Assembly: GCA_963726745.1 (NCBI GenBank) | Contig: CAVSDR010000002.1 | Span: 32,001-96,000 of the forward strand | Reading direction: 5' to 3' | Length of the DNA stretch: 64,000 bases | DNA from: an uncultured Verrucomicrobiae bacterium | Lineage (GTDB): Bacteria; Verrucomicrobiota; Verrucomicrobiia; Chthoniobacterales; UBA10450 | The notes under the pieces: model-generated | The model's database searches: none | The model's input: the letters and a program-made list of their open reading frames with translations, nothing else | Told to the model about the DNA's origin: nothing | Shown: positions 42,732-53,228 of the stretch, piece by piece | Layout: each line of letters opens with the position of its first letter | How positions within the stretch are numbered: position 1 is the stretch's first letter | Position numbers and translations under genes: made by a program

Positions 42732-43874
42732 GCCGCCACGCGCCAAAGTGCTGCCTCTTTTTCCTCTTGGCCGCGGCCACGCTGGCGCGCGCCGAACTCA
42801 CGGTCGCGTTAACCGCAGCGGTGCAGAATAGCGCCCGCGGCCGCGAGGTCGTCCTTCGCGGCACGCTCATCAACACGAGCGCGTCCGGGAAGCTTTACCT
42901 CAACAACATCGACGTCACCTGGAGCGGCCAGGCCGCGGCCCAACTGAGCCTGCTGCCTAACGAGTTCTTCGCCAATGTGCCCGGCGTGCTCCTTCCCGGC
43001 GAAGCCTACACCGCCTCCGATCTGGTCCACGTTTCCCTCAGTCCGACCGCGCCTGCCGGCGACTACAGTGGCACACTCTCGCTAAGCGGCGGCAGCTCGA
43101 TCTCCGCGGAGGACGAGCTCGCGGTCGCCGCTTTCACCGTGCTCTCGCCGGAGCGTGAGCGTCGCTGCCACGGATGCGAGCGCGGCCGAGTTTCCCCTCG
43201 ATCCGGGCACATTCACGCTCACGCGCACCGGGGGCACCGCGATCGAGTTGCCGGTTGTCTTCGAGCTTGCCGGGAGTGCGCTCAACGGCGTCGCCTACCA
43301 GGCGCTTCCGGCGCAGTGGGTTATTCCCGCCGGCAGCAGCACGGCCACGCTCACGGTCATGCCGATTCCCAATCAGCTCGCCGAGGGCGACCGCCTGGCC
43401 GCGCTCAGCCTCACGGCGACGCCGGCTTACAACCGCGCCGCGGCTGCCGGCGCCAGCGCCACGATCACGATCCACGACAAGCCAGCCGACGCCTGGCGTT
43501 TTGCCCACTTCGGCGCGCAGGCGAACGATCCCGCCGCGGCCGATGCCGCCGATTGGGACGGCGATGGCCTAACGAACCTGGAGGAGTTCGCGCTCGCGCT
43601 CGATCCGAAAGTGCCTGGCCGCGCAGGCCTGCCCGAGGCCGCGAAGAGCGCTGGCTATTTCACTTTGTCTTTCCTCCCGAATCCCGCGGCCATAGACGTC
43701 CTCTTCCTCGTCGAAGGCTCCGCCGAGCTCGGGAGCTGGAGCGTGACGCGCGCCCAGCAGCTTCTCCTCGTGGACCCGCAGCCGCCCGGCCTCCGGGTCT
43801 ACCGTTACGTCGACCCCATCAACGTCGCACCCCGCGGCTTCCTGCGCCTGCGCCTCGACCGGCTCGACCTCTAA
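42728..43874 (+). CDS. Secreted protein with a Calx-beta-like domain and a DxDGDG..NLEEFA C-terminal module; +1 frameshift at ~43154
   Basis: Signal peptide in frame 42728; VSVAATDASAAE..GTFTLTRTG..IPAGSSTATLTV and AWRFAHFG..DWDGDGLTNLEEFALALDP in frame 43155. Confidence 0.72.
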
Positions 43875-43982
43875 GCCGTCTGCCGGCAACATGTAGCCGC
43901 CCGCGGCGTCGGTGCGCTCCTCTTCCGCGCCCCCGTTTTTCCTCTGGAAAGCGCCCGACGTGCGTCTATCTTCGACGCCTTT

Positions 43983-44057
43983 GCGCGATTAGCTCAGTGG
44001 TAGAGCGCTTGCTTCACACGCAAGAAGTCGCAGGTTCGAACCCTGCATCGCGCACCA
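43983..44057 (+). tRNA. tRNA-Val(CAC)
   Basis: GCGCGAT acceptor stem, CTTGC-ttCACac-GCAAG anticodon arm, GGTTCGAA T-loop, ACCA end. Confidence 0.96.
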
Positions 44058-44080
44058 TCTCCCGGCCGAGAAGTTGCCGC

Positions 44081-44425
44081 CTATTCTCCGCCGAGCGCAT
44101 TTCGCGCCGCGATCCATTCCTCGACTGGCTTCCCGCCCAGCAGATGCTCCTGCACGATCCGCTCGAAGCGTTTCGGGGTGACCTTTCCATACCAGACGCC
44201 CTCCGGGTAGACCACCAGCCACGGCCCGGAGTGGCAAATGCGAAAGCAGGCTGCCTTGGTTCGCAGGAGCGGCAGATCGAGTTCCTTCGTCCGTTGTTTG
44301 ATGTATTCCCAAGTGGCCTGCCCCTTCTCCAGCGCACAACAATCCGGCCCCAGGCAGAGAAACAAATGCCGCGTGGCCCGGGCCACCTGCGCTTTGCGCA
44401 AACCTTGCTCTACCTGCGGATTCAT
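44081..44425 (-). CDS. Thioredoxin-like (2Fe-2S) ferredoxin
   Basis: HLFLC..CC..RTKAACFRICHSGPWLVVYPEGVWY..EHL..GKPV. Confidence 0.88.
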   Translation of the reverse strand: MNPQVEQGLRKAQVARATRHLFLCLGPDCCALEKGQATWEYIKQRTKELDLPLLRTKAACFRICHSGPWLVVYPEGVWYGKVTPKRFERIVQEHLLGGKPVEEWIAARNALGGE

Positions 44426-44502
44426 TGCCCGAAGCTTACCGCTTCCTCCTTTTGCCGAAAGCGTCGGTTGTTCAAGAGAAAGGGAACTGGAAACGAAACG
44501 CC

Positions 44503-45009
44503 CTAGGTGAACGGCTCGCCGCCGGCCCGTTCACGAGCACTCTCGGCGGCCATCCGCGCCGCGAAGGCCTCGAATTCCCGGAGGTCTGCCTCCTCTTCTT
44601 CCGGGGTTAAGACTCGCGGAAAAGTCCGCCCGGGATGAAAGAGGTCGGTGCCGTCTGGACGGCGCAGGTAAGAATCGCAATCGCAGCAGAACACGCAGGA
44701 GTAATGTTTTCCCGTCGCCTCCAGCTCGTCCCAAAGATCATAACTCTCCTGATCCATCTCGTGGAGAAACGTCCCGGGGACCTCGAGCAGCGGGAGGCGT
44801 TCCCGGTCGTTCTCGTCGAACCGCATCACGCTCACCGGGCTCCGGTTGAGCGTCGGTTGTGCGATCCACCAGGCTTCTATTTGGGCCGCCGTCTGCGGCA
44901 CGATCCAGAAGTCGCGGTCGTAATCCGCTTTGTTGATCCGAAGGACGACCAGCTTGTCCGGATTGGCCAAGGCTCGGCGCACCTTCTCCGCGGTGAAGGA
45001 TTCGCTCAT
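44503..45009 (-). CDS. Hypothetical protein
   Basis: 168-aa ATG ORF with plausible composition and a CxxCCxC cluster. Confidence 0.55.
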   Translation of the reverse strand: MSESFTAEKVRRALANPDKLVVLRINKADYDRDFWIVPQTAAQIEAWWIAQPTLNRSPVSVMRFDENDRERLPLLEVPGTFLHEMDQESYDLWDELEATGKHYSCVFCCDCDSYLRRPDGTDLFHPGRTFPRVLTPEEEEADLREFEAFAARMAAESARERAGGEPFT

Positions 45010-45485
45010 GGGGCGGGGATGGTCGGACGACCGAGGGTTCCTTGCAAGCGCGAAAATGACAAGCCCACCTCTCCCGGCAGGCAGTGAGCGAATGTGCTAA
45101 TGAATCCAAGCCTGGGCCGCGTAACCCGCCGAGACTTACTGACTCGTTAGCTGCCGGGAGTATGCGCTAGGGTTGCGTGCGCTCTTTGATCAAACGGCGC
45201 TGCGCGTTGGCAAACTTGGCGCTCGCCCCGCCGACGCCCGCTCTTCCTCGGCGCCGGGCCGCTCGGCCGCCCGCGCGCGCGGGGCGAGGGGAACACAAGA
45301 GCGTTCTGCCGCTCTTTAGTGGAAACGCTCGGCCGCGACCTGCGCCTTGCTCTACCCTTAGATCCGGTGATTCTGCGTGCTCCCTTCGCGAACGAAAGCG
45401 GAGGGAGGAAGATCGAGATCGGTGGAAGGTGACCCGCTTCGCTAAGCTTAGCTTACTCCCTATGATCGGGGTCTGGTTTTCGAAC

Positions 45486-45992
45486 TCATCTGCCTACCTC
45501 ATTTCGCTGGTCGTCCCTTTCTGAAGCCTTAGCTCCATTGAGTTGCCACAGTTGGTAGCTCCACCACGCGGCGAATATTAGGTAGCCGCCATAGATGAGG
45601 AATAACCCCGCGCCGAAAGGATAGGCGGACCTCAGAAAGCCGACGAGGACCGCGACAAGGAGGGCGTAGGGAATGAAGGCACGAAAGCTGAGCCGAAGGT
45701 CGCGCCAACGAAAGAAGAAGACGTTCCAAAGCGCGTTCGCGAGGAGCACAAGCAAGAGCAGGCAAAAGGCCGTGCGCGCTCCCGGCGTGAAGGCGCTCGC
45801 CAGGAGCGAATGGAGGACGATAAAGCCGAAGGCGTAGAACGCGCCGCCAATTGCAAGCCAGAGCGGAAATGGCGGGGAGTAGGGCGGGAGGCGCAACTCC
45901 GCGAAGCGTTGCCGTACTCCTCGACCAGCTGCCGCGCCCTCCAAGGCAGCCGCCACCAGGCAAATGAGGAGAGCGATAAGCGTGGCTTTCAC
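45486..45992 (-). CDS. TspO/MBR family membrane protein
   Basis: L.LPPYSPP..W, LANALWNVFFF, YLIFAA; five TM segments. Confidence 0.75.
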   Translation of the reverse strand: MKATLIALLICLVAAALEGAAAGRGVRQRFAELRLPPYSPPFPLWLAIGGAFYAFGFIVLHSLLASAFTPGARTAFCLLLLVLLANALWNVFFFRWRDLRLSFRAFIPYALLVAVLVGFLRSAYPFGAGLFLIYGGYLIFAAWWSYQLWQLNGAKASERDDQRNEVGR

Positions 45993-46285
45993 TTGGTGCT
46001 CGCTATTCCGCGCGCGGGGCATGGAGCGACGCTGTCCGAAAAGTCCTCGCGCCGGCGGCAAACCTCGAGCGCCGGCCATGCCATGCCCAAGCATGGGCGC
46101 CGACGACCTCGGCTGGATATCGATCCGTCGGCACAGGCTTCATTTAGATTCGAGTGCAGGCGGCTCGTGCGCCGGCAACGTAAGCCGCGCGCCGTCAACG
46201 AACGTCCAGGTAGCACCGTGGTTTCCAGAGACGGTCACGAGCGGGTTGCGAGCGGCCCGGGGCGTTGGTTCCGGCAAGGATGCGC

Positions 46286-46771
46286 TCAAAAGAGTAAAGG
46301 CTTGATCAGCTCGGTGCGCCAGTTTGCAGGGTCGGGGCTCGACTCCGGTCCGGTAAGGTAACACTGGTAGAGGTCGGCCGCGGGGTTGTGGCCGTGGGCC
46401 TCGATCCAATCGAGGAATTCGCTCCAAGCCACGCCGAGTTCCTCGTAGTCGCCATGAAAGACCGTGCGGGCGGCGCGCATGGCGGGCCACTGGCCGGACT
46501 GGACACGGCCGGCTGGGGCGACCGGCGCGCTCAGGGGGACGCCGATCTCGAAATCCCAGTGGTCGGGGGCGATGGCGAAATGGTGGTCGAACCATGATCC
46601 AGTGGGCTGGAGGCCCTGAGCAGAAACGGTGGACATGAGTTCGCGGAGGCTTGGACCCATCACGTTTCGGATTTCATCCTTCGGGATGGTGAGATGAATC
46701 AGGGCGATAAGGCGAGTTTCTGTCTGGATGATCTGGGGCTGGTCGAGCATGAGCGATGAGTGGGTCGGCAT
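46286..46771 (-). CDS. GyrI-like small-molecule-binding protein
   Basis: DFEIGVP, HGDYEELG.AW..F..WI, YLTGP..WRTEL. Confidence 0.85.
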   Translation of the reverse strand: MPTHSSLMLDQPQIIQTETRLIALIHLTIPKDEIRNVMGPSLRELMSTVSAQGLQPTGSWFDHHFAIAPDHWDFEIGVPLSAPVAPAGRVQSGQWPAMRAARTVFHGDYEELGVAWSEFLDWIEAHGHNPAADLYQCYLTGPESSPDPANWRTELIKPLLF

Positions 46772-46863
46772 TTTTTAAGTGGATTGGGAACGGCTAACGA
46801 AATGAGTAACTAAAGCTGGCAAGCAAGAGTAAGGTAGAACGCACCAGCGGAGTCCGGGCATGG

Positions 46864-47526
46864 CTACGGTTCGCTCATCGGCTGTCGCAGGATGGTTCTC
46901 CAATTCAAGGGGTTCGCACGCCGGATATCGCTAAGGTAGATCTCGTGGTGCTTTCCGGCCAGGCTGGCGCGGGTCTCGATATGGGCATGCAGTTTCGCGA
47001 TCGTAGGACCTTCCGTGGTGAACGGGCCGACGTGAAGAATTTGCGCACAGCGTCCTTCGGCGAACTCCTGCAGCCGCAGTTTCTCGAGCGCGGGAAGGTT
47101 CTTCTTTCGCCGGACGGCGGCGATGGCTTCCGTGATGGTGCCCTCCCGGACGAACGAAGGCTGCAGGATCATCATGGTCCACTGCCAGTGCGTCTTATCT
47201 CCTGTGAGGAAAGCGGACATGTCGTCGGCCCACCAAAGTCCTTCGAGCGGCATGACTGCGTAGTCAATTTTCTGCGGCCCTTTCTTCACGGCAAACTTCG
47301 CCGTGTAGGAGACGCTGAATAAGGCTTCCACCGCCTGCGCATAGTCGGGCGAAGTGTTCGGATCGCCGCAGCCGTCGAGCATGAGATAACGCAGCGGCGG
47401 GAGGGTGACTTCCGCGACTTCCCTGGCTGAGACTTGGTAGAACTCTTTTAGCTCCTTCTTCAGGTCGATCTTTCCCGTCGAGGCTGCGGCATTGACGCGC
47501 CCACCCTTCTCAGCGCGCGTAATCAT
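46864..47526 (-). CDS. Second GyrI-like domain protein
   Basis: KIDLKKELK..Y, G.GDPN, VMPLEGLWW, HVGPF..E, HHEIYLSD, TILRQP; start position uncertain. Confidence 0.85.
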   Translation of the reverse strand: MITRAEKGGRVNAAASTGKIDLKKELKEFYQVSAREVAEVTLPPLRYLMLDGCGDPNTSPDYAQAVEALFSVSYTAKFAVKKGPQKIDYAVMPLEGLWWADDMSAFLTGDKTHWQWTMMILQPSFVREGTITEAIAAVRRKKNLPALEKLRLQEFAEGRCAQILHVGPFTTEGPTIAKLHAHIETRASLAGKHHEIYLSDIRRANPLNWRTILRQPMSEP

Positions 47527-47857
47527 TCGGCGTCTGATGCGGGAAGGCTCCGTCGCCGTAGGAGCGAAGCACCTCGGAGATGACGATATGGTAGCCCTTA
47601 TACCAGCGGGAATACTGGCGCTTTGCCTCCAGGTGGGCGGGGTGATTAGAGAATTCTTTTAACGATTCGAGATCATCCCAGTAGTAGGTGGCATTCCGGC
47701 GCCGGCCGTCGGGCGAGACCCAGGAATCCACTCCGCGGAAAGCGCGCAGGGAACGGGCGACTTCGTCGATAAGGGCGTTCAGCCGATGAAACTCTTCGTC
47801 GTAGTCGCCCGGCTCGAAGATGAAGGCGGCGGAATACATCGGCGGAAGGGAAGACAA
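47510..47857 (-). CDS. Antibiotic-biosynthesis-monooxygenase/DUF4188-like protein
   Basis: YYWDDLESLKEF..HPAHLEAK..WY..Y. Confidence 0.75.
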   Translation of the reverse strand: MSSLPPMYSAAFIFEPGDYDEEFHRLNALIDEVARSLRAFRGVDSWVSPDGRRRNATYYWDDLESLKEFSNHPAHLEAKRQYSRWYKGYHIVISEVLRSYGDGAFPHQTPNDYAR

Positions 47858-47923
47858 GGTCGTCGGGCGAACAATCTCTCAAGGTAGCGCCACGCTGCAA
47901 GTGCTCTGGGATTTCCGCGGAGC

Positions 47924-49627
47924 CTACGGTGCCTTTGACGGCGGGATGTCTTCCTCGTGCACACCGGGCTCGGTGGAGCCGCGCTCGTGTTCTTTCCCGC
48001 GCGTGACCGAAGCATCCGCGGGCCGGGTTTCCTCTTCGTGCAGGCGCTCGAGCGCGAGGCGGGTACGGGGGAGACTGCCGGGGTGATGTTGCCGGATAAA
48101 TTCGATCAAGCCCTCGCGCACCTCGCAGCGGAGGTCGAAGGTTTTCCCTGGGCTGGAGCTGCTGACGACGGCGCGGACCTGGACGGTGCGCTCGTTCGCC
48201 TCGGTCACCTGGAGGGCGCAGACTTTCCGGTCCCACTTATCGTTGCTTTCGAGGAGGCGCTTGAGCTCCCGGCGCAATTCGCCCAGCGGCACCTGGTAAT
48301 CGAGATGGAGAAAGACAGTACCTAACAAGTCGGTAGAGACGCGGCTCCAGTTCTGGAAAGGCTTCTCGACAAAGTAAGTAATGGGCAGAACCAGGCGGCG
48401 CAGGTCCCAGGTGCGCACGGTCACGTAGGTCAAGGTGATCTCTTCGATCTGCCCGTACTCGCCTTCGACCAGGACGAGATCGTCGAGGAGGAACGGTTGA
48501 GTTAAGGCGATCTGGATGCCGGCGAGTAAATTACCCAGCGTTTTCTGCGCGGCGAAGCCAAGGACCACGCCGGCGATACCCGCGGAAGCGAGAATGCTGG
48601 TGCCGAATTGCCGGACCGGGTCGAAGAGCATGAGGATGGAGCCGACGGAAAGCACGACCACGGCGGCGACGACGATCTTCCGGATGACAGAGACCTGGGT
48701 GTAAATGCGGCGCGCGGAGAGATTGTCGGCGACATCGAGGCGATGCTTCCGCAGGAGCGCGCGCTGGACCGAGCGGACCCCGCGGATGATGAGGAAGGAA
48801 AGTCCGGCGATGAGGACCATGGCGAAACCCTTTTGCGTGACCCAGGCCCATTCAGCCGGCAATTTCAGCAGCGGCAGGAGAAGGATCACCGCCAGCAGCG
48901 GGACGGCGAGACGCAGCGTTTGGCCAAGGACAGGGGCGAGAACATTGTTGAGCACGCTGCCGCTGCGCTCGGCCCATTGCCGGAGCTTTTTCTCGACCAC
49001 GCGCGCGCCGCGCCAGAGGACCCAGAAGACCGCGATGACGTTTCCCGCATAGAGAATCCCGGTGAGGAGGCCGGCGAGGAAGAGCTTGGTCGAGCGGGGC
49101 TCCATGCCCTCGACCACCGGGATGAGCGCGAAGAAACCGCCCACCAGACAGGCGAAAAGCGCGAACGGCTTTCGCACCGCGGCCGCGGTTAAGGCGAGCC
49201 AGGTCTGGTGCTCGGGCGATTCGATCCGCCCGGCGCGCCACCGGACGAACCAGAGGAACAACGACGTCAGCCCGGCGAGCAGCGCCAGCAGACCGCCGCT
49301 CGCGAACAGGCGCATCCAGGTCACGCGCCCGCAAACGCGCTGCTGGAGGAAAGGGCGGCCGCTTTCCTTCGCCAGGCGGTCGAGCCAGCGGCTAAACTCG
49401 ACCCCGCGCTCGTAGGTTTTGGTGCGCTCGGCCGCAGCCCGCTCGGCCGAGAGCTCGGCCAGGGGTGGGACGAGGAAGGATTCCTCGGTGGACGTCCCCG
49501 GCGAGGGTGAAGGATTCGGCTCCGCCGCGAAAGCCACGGCGCAGGACGACAAAAAAAGAACCGAGACGACGAGCAGCGGGCCGGCAATCGCCCCGCAGTG
49601 AACGCGGACGGTGCGCGAGAGATGCAT
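47924..49627 (-). CDS. Small-conductance mechanosensitive channel (MscS family)
   Basis: LASAGIAGVVLGFAAQKTLGNLLAG, G.IEEITLTYV, FQNWSR. Confidence 0.9.
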   Translation of the reverse strand: MHLSRTVRVHCGAIAGPLLVVSVLFLSSCAVAFAAEPNPSPSPGTSTEESFLVPPLAELSAERAAAERTKTYERGVEFSRWLDRLAKESGRPFLQQRVCGRVTWMRLFASGGLLALLAGLTSLFLWFVRWRAGRIESPEHQTWLALTAAAVRKPFALFACLVGGFFALIPVVEGMEPRSTKLFLAGLLTGILYAGNVIAVFWVLWRGARVVEKKLRQWAERSGSVLNNVLAPVLGQTLRLAVPLLAVILLLPLLKLPAEWAWVTQKGFAMVLIAGLSFLIIRGVRSVQRALLRKHRLDVADNLSARRIYTQVSVIRKIVVAAVVVLSVGSILMLFDPVRQFGTSILASAGIAGVVLGFAAQKTLGNLLAGIQIALTQPFLLDDLVLVEGEYGQIEEITLTYVTVRTWDLRRLVLPITYFVEKPFQNWSRVSTDLLGTVFLHLDYQVPLGELRRELKRLLESNDKWDRKVCALQVTEANERTVQVRAVVSSSSPGKTFDLRCEVREGLIEFIRQHHPGSLPRTRLALERLHEEETRPADASVTRGKEHERGSTEPGVHEEDIPPSKAP

Positions 49628-49783
49628 CGTTCATCCATCACACAGAGGCAGGCTCAATGCACCTGCGCAGGGAGAGACAAAACTCGCGGCCCGGAAAAGA
49701 GGCTCCTCTTTTGGTGGCCCAGTCCTTCCCCCGTCGCTTCGAGGTCGGGTTGCGCAGCGAGGGGCGCATCTTTATAGAGACGA

Positions 49784-50227
49784 ATGTCCGAACACAAAGT
49801 TTCTCTGAAGTGGGAACGCGGCGAGGCCGAGTTCTCCTATCAAAAATATCCGCGCGATCACACCTGGACCTTTGATGGCGGCCATTCGATGACGGCGACC
49901 GCGGCCCCGGCCTACCTGGGCAATCCGGCGAATGTGGACCCGGAGGAAGCCTTTGTAGCTTCGCTTTCGAGCTGCCACATGCTCACCTTCCTGGCGATCG
50001 CGTGTAAGCAGAAGTTCGTGCTCGAGTCCTACGAGGACGAGGCGGTGGGCCACATGGAAAAGAACGCCGACGGCAAAATGGCGATCACGCGCGTGGAGCT
50101 GCACCCGAAGATCAAGTGGGGCGGCGAGCGGGAGCCGACGGCCGAGGAGCTGGAGAAGATCCACCACGCGGCGCACGACAATTGTTTCATCGCGAACTCG
50201 GTCAAAACCGAAGTCACGGTGAAATAG
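49784..50227 (+). CDS. OsmC/Ohr family protein
   Basis: DPEEAFVASLSSCHMLTFL, AHDNCFIANSV. Confidence 0.92.
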   Translation: MSEHKVSLKWERGEAEFSYQKYPRDHTWTFDGGHSMTATAAPAYLGNPANVDPEEAFVASLSSCHMLTFLAIACKQKFVLESYEDEAVGHMEKNADGKMAITRVELHPKIKWGGEREPTAEELEKIHHAAHDNCFIANSVKTEVTVK

Positions 50228-50255
50228 CCAGCGCTTTCACTTATCCCCAAACGAC

Positions 50256-50286
50256 GGCCGGCACGCTCTCGGGTGTGCCGGCCGTT
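50256..50286. terminator. Hairpin between convergent genes
   Basis: ACGGCCGGCAC...GTGCCGGCCGT with A/T-rich flanks. Confidence 0.7.
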
Positions 50287-50290
50287 TGCT

Positions 50291-50791
50291 TTACGGCTTC
50301 GGCTTGCGCGGATCTTCGGCTGCGTTGGAGTACTCCATCCCGAAGGGGCCCATGGTGGTGATCTGGACGACCGTCGGGCCGGTAAAGCGGGCGTAGTGCG
50401 GGAGATTAGCCGGCAGGACGGCGTAGTCGCCGGCTTTCATCTCGGTGCCTGCGCCCGACGTTGCGCCCATGCCGAGATGCGCGGTGCCGGAAAGGACGGT
50501 GACGTGCTCGCTCGCAACATGTTGGTGCGCCGGAATCTGGTAGTCGCCAGTGGTCTGCAGGCGAATGGTGAAGAGGCCGGCCTTGCCGGGGTCGCCCTCG
50601 AGCACGGTCATCTTCGCGCCGGGCGGAAGGGCCGGCGGGACGTCGCCCCATTTGAGATCGGCGGCCTTGAGCATGATCGGCTGCGCGCTGGCAGCGGTGG
50701 TCGGGGCGGACGTTGCTTTTTCTTCGGAGGCGCGGGCGCAGAGCGCGCCCGCGAACGAGAGGGCGAGGATGGTGAGGAGGCGTAGTTTCAT
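50291..50791 (-). CDS. Secreted cupin-domain protein
   Basis: Signal peptide; LEGDP, PAHQH..EHVTVLSG, PHYA. Confidence 0.85.
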   Translation of the reverse strand: MKLRLLTILALSFAGALCARASEEKATSAPTTAASAQPIMLKAADLKWGDVPPALPPGAKMTVLEGDPGKAGLFTIRLQTTGDYQIPAHQHVASEHVTVLSGTAHLGMGATSGAGTEMKAGDYAVLPANLPHYARFTGPTVVQITTMGPFGMEYSNAAEDPRKPKP

Positions 50792-50914
50792 GGGAACCTT
50801 TCGGGTTGAGTGGCGACTGCCCTCTTTTGACCTGCCGGAAAGAATTTCCGCGGACAGGCAGCCGGTCGGGAGCATCTGCTGGCCGACGTGCGAACGAATG
50901 AACCTCGCACACAT

Positions 50915-51805
50915 ATGACCAGACCCAACCTTGAAGACCCGACGACGAAATATCCCCGGCCTCCTTTCCAAGAGCAAAAGCAGCCCTGGCCGGGATTAGC
51001 CGGCAAGATGGAGCCGCGGCCGGATCACGGCGAGGAGAGCTACCGCGGCTCGGGCCGGCTCCAGGGACGGAAGGCGCTCATCACCGGCGGCGACTCTGGG
51101 ATGGGGCGTGCAGCCGCGATCGCCTATGCGCGGGAAGGCGCAGACGTGGCGATCAATTATTTCCCGACCGAGGAGCCGGACGCGCAGGAGGTGATCGCGC
51201 TCATGAAAGAGGCGGGCGTCAAAGCCATCGCGCTGCCGGGCGATTTACGCGAGGAAGCGTTTTGCCGAAAGCTGATCGCCGATGCGGTCGAACAGCTGGG
51301 CGGGCTGGACATTCTCGTTTGCAACGCCGCGCGCCAGCAAACCGCGGAATCGATCCTCGATATCACCAGCGAGGAGTTCGACGCCACCATGAAGACGAAC
51401 ATTTATGCGCCCTTTTGGATGATCAAAGCCGCGCTGCCGCACTTACCGCCGGGATCATCGATCATCGGCACGACCTCGGAGCAAGCGTCCGATCCGTCGC
51501 CGGAACTTTACGATTACGCACAAACCAAAGCCGCGACGACGAACTACGTGAGGTCGCTGGCAAAACAGCTCGCCTCCAAAGGCATTCGCGTGAATGGCGT
51601 CGCGCCGGGGCCGATCTGGACGCCGCTGCAGGTGAGCGGCGGTGCGACGATGGAGAAGCTAAAGCAATTTGGCGGGCAGACGCCGCTGGGTCGCCCCGGA
51701 CAGCCCGTGGAGCTGGCTTCGATCTATGTGCAGCTGGCCGCGAATGACGCCAGCTACGCGACCGGCCAGGTCTACGGTGCAGCCGGTGGCGCCGGGCAAC
51801 CGTAG
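50915..51805 (+). CDS. SDR oxidoreductase (YghA/YhdF-like)
   Basis: PDHGEESYRGSGRL, TGGDSGMG, YAQTK, PGPIWTPL. Confidence 0.92.
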   Translation: MTRPNLEDPTTKYPRPPFQEQKQPWPGLAGKMEPRPDHGEESYRGSGRLQGRKALITGGDSGMGRAAAIAYAREGADVAINYFPTEEPDAQEVIALMKEAGVKAIALPGDLREEAFCRKLIADAVEQLGGLDILVCNAARQQTAESILDITSEEFDATMKTNIYAPFWMIKAALPHLPPGSSIIGTTSEQASDPSPELYDYAQTKAATTNYVRSLAKQLASKGIRVNGVAPGPIWTPLQVSGGATMEKLKQFGGQTPLGRPGQPVELASIYVQLAANDASYATGQVYGAAGGAGQP

Positions 51806-51857
51806 CGCGCGCCCCAAATCGTTTGCGTTCGGCGGAGCGCTGTCCCATTGATTCGCG

Positions 51858-53228
51858 ATGAGCGCCGAGAAGCAGCCGACCGACCCGCAGCGGATGGAAC
51901 GAATCGTGAGCCTGTGCAAGCGGCGCGGGTTCATCTTCCAGGCAGGCGAAGTTTACGGCGGGCTCAATGGCGTCTGGGACTTCGGCCCGCTGGGCGCCGA
52001 GCTGAAGCGGAACCTGAAGGACTATTGGTGGCGCACGATGGTGCGCGAGCGCGAGGACGTGGTCGGGCTCGATGGCTCAATCCTGACGCACCCGGCGGTG
52101 CTCAAGGCCAGCGGGCATGTGGATACTTTCAGCGATCCGATGGTCGATTGCCGCACCTGCAAGGCGCGGCTGCGGGCGGACCAGATTCCCGAAAAGCATG
52201 GCGCCAAACAGTGCCCGCATTGTGGCGGCCAGGACCTGACGGAAGCGCGCCCGTTCAATCTCATGTTCTCCACGCAAATGGGCGCATCGGCCGATCCGGA
52301 GTCGATCGCTTATCTGCGCCCGGAGACGGCGCAGTCGATCTTCGTCCAGTTCCGCAACGTCCTCGACACCTCGCGCAAGAAGTTGCCGTTTGGGATCGCG
52401 CAGATCGGGAAAGCGTTTCGCAACGAAATCAATCCGCGCAATTTCATCTTCCGCTCGCGCGAGTTCGAGCAGATGGAGCTGGAGTATTTTTGCGCGCCGG
52501 AAGATGGCGCGAAGTTGCTCGATTACTGGCTCGAGGAACGGCTGAAGTTTTACGAGAACATCGGGATTCCGCGCGCGAAACTGCACGTGCTCACGGTGCC
52601 GGAGGCAGACCGGGCGTTTTATAGCAAGGGCACCTACGACATCGAATACGCCTTCCCTTTCGGCGTGCAGGAACTCGAAGGCGTCGCCTACCGGACCGAC
52701 TACGATTTGACCCAGCATCAAAACGGGAGCGGCAAGCCGCTGGATTATTTCGACGAGGAAAACAAACAGCGCTTTGTCCCGCACGTGGTTGAGCCAAGTG
52801 CCGGAGTCGATCGCACGCTGCTCGCGCTTATCTGCGAAGCCTACGACGAGGAAACGGTCACGGACGAGAAGGGCAAGGCCGAGACGCGCACGGTCATGCG
52901 TTTCCATCCGCGGATGGCGCCGATCAAAGTGGGCGTCTTTCCGTTGCTCAAGAACAAGCCGGAACTGGTCGCGAAAGCGCGCGAAGTGCACGACCTGCTG
53001 AAGCGCCACATGATGTCGTTCTATGATGAGAGCGGCGCGATCGGGCGGCGCTACCGCCGGCAGGACGAAGCGGGCACGCCCTTTGGCCTAACGATCGATT
53101 TCGAAACGCTCGGCGAACGTGGCGATGAACTGCGCGACACCGTGACCTTGCGGCATCGCGATTCGATGAAGCAGGAGCGGGTAAAAATAGCCGACCTCCT
53201 GGGGATGCTCCTGCCGCAGGTGGTGTGA
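51858..53228 (+). CDS. glyQS: Glycine--tRNA ligase (homodimeric type)
   Basis: KRRGF, YLRPETAQ, FRNEINPRNFIFRSREFEQME, IGRRYRRQDE. Confidence 0.96.
   Translation: MSAEKQPTDPQRMERIVSLCKRRGFIFQAGEVYGGLNGVWDFGPLGAELKRNLKDYWWRTMVREREDVVGLDGSILTHPAVLKASGHVDTFSDPMVDCRTCKARLRADQIPEKHGAKQCPHCGGQDLTEARPFNLMFSTQMGASADPESIAYLRPETAQSIFVQFRNVLDTSRKKLPFGIAQIGKAFRNEINPRNFIFRSREFEQMELEYFCAPEDGAKLLDYWLEERLKFYENIGIPRAKLHVLTVPEADRAFYSKGTYDIEYAFPFGVQELEGVAYRTDYDLTQHQNGSGKPLDYFDEENKQRFVPHVVEPSAGVDRTLLALICEAYDEETVTDEKGKAETRTVMRFHPRMAPIKVGVFPLLKNKPELVAKAREVHDLLKRHMMSFYDESGAIGRRYRRQDEAGTPFGLTIDFETLGERGDELRDTVTLRHRDSMKQERVKIADLLGMLLPQVV

Noticed and set aside
43983..51805. Integrative island at tRNA-Val
   Set aside because: No integrase and no duplicated tRNA 3' end seen.
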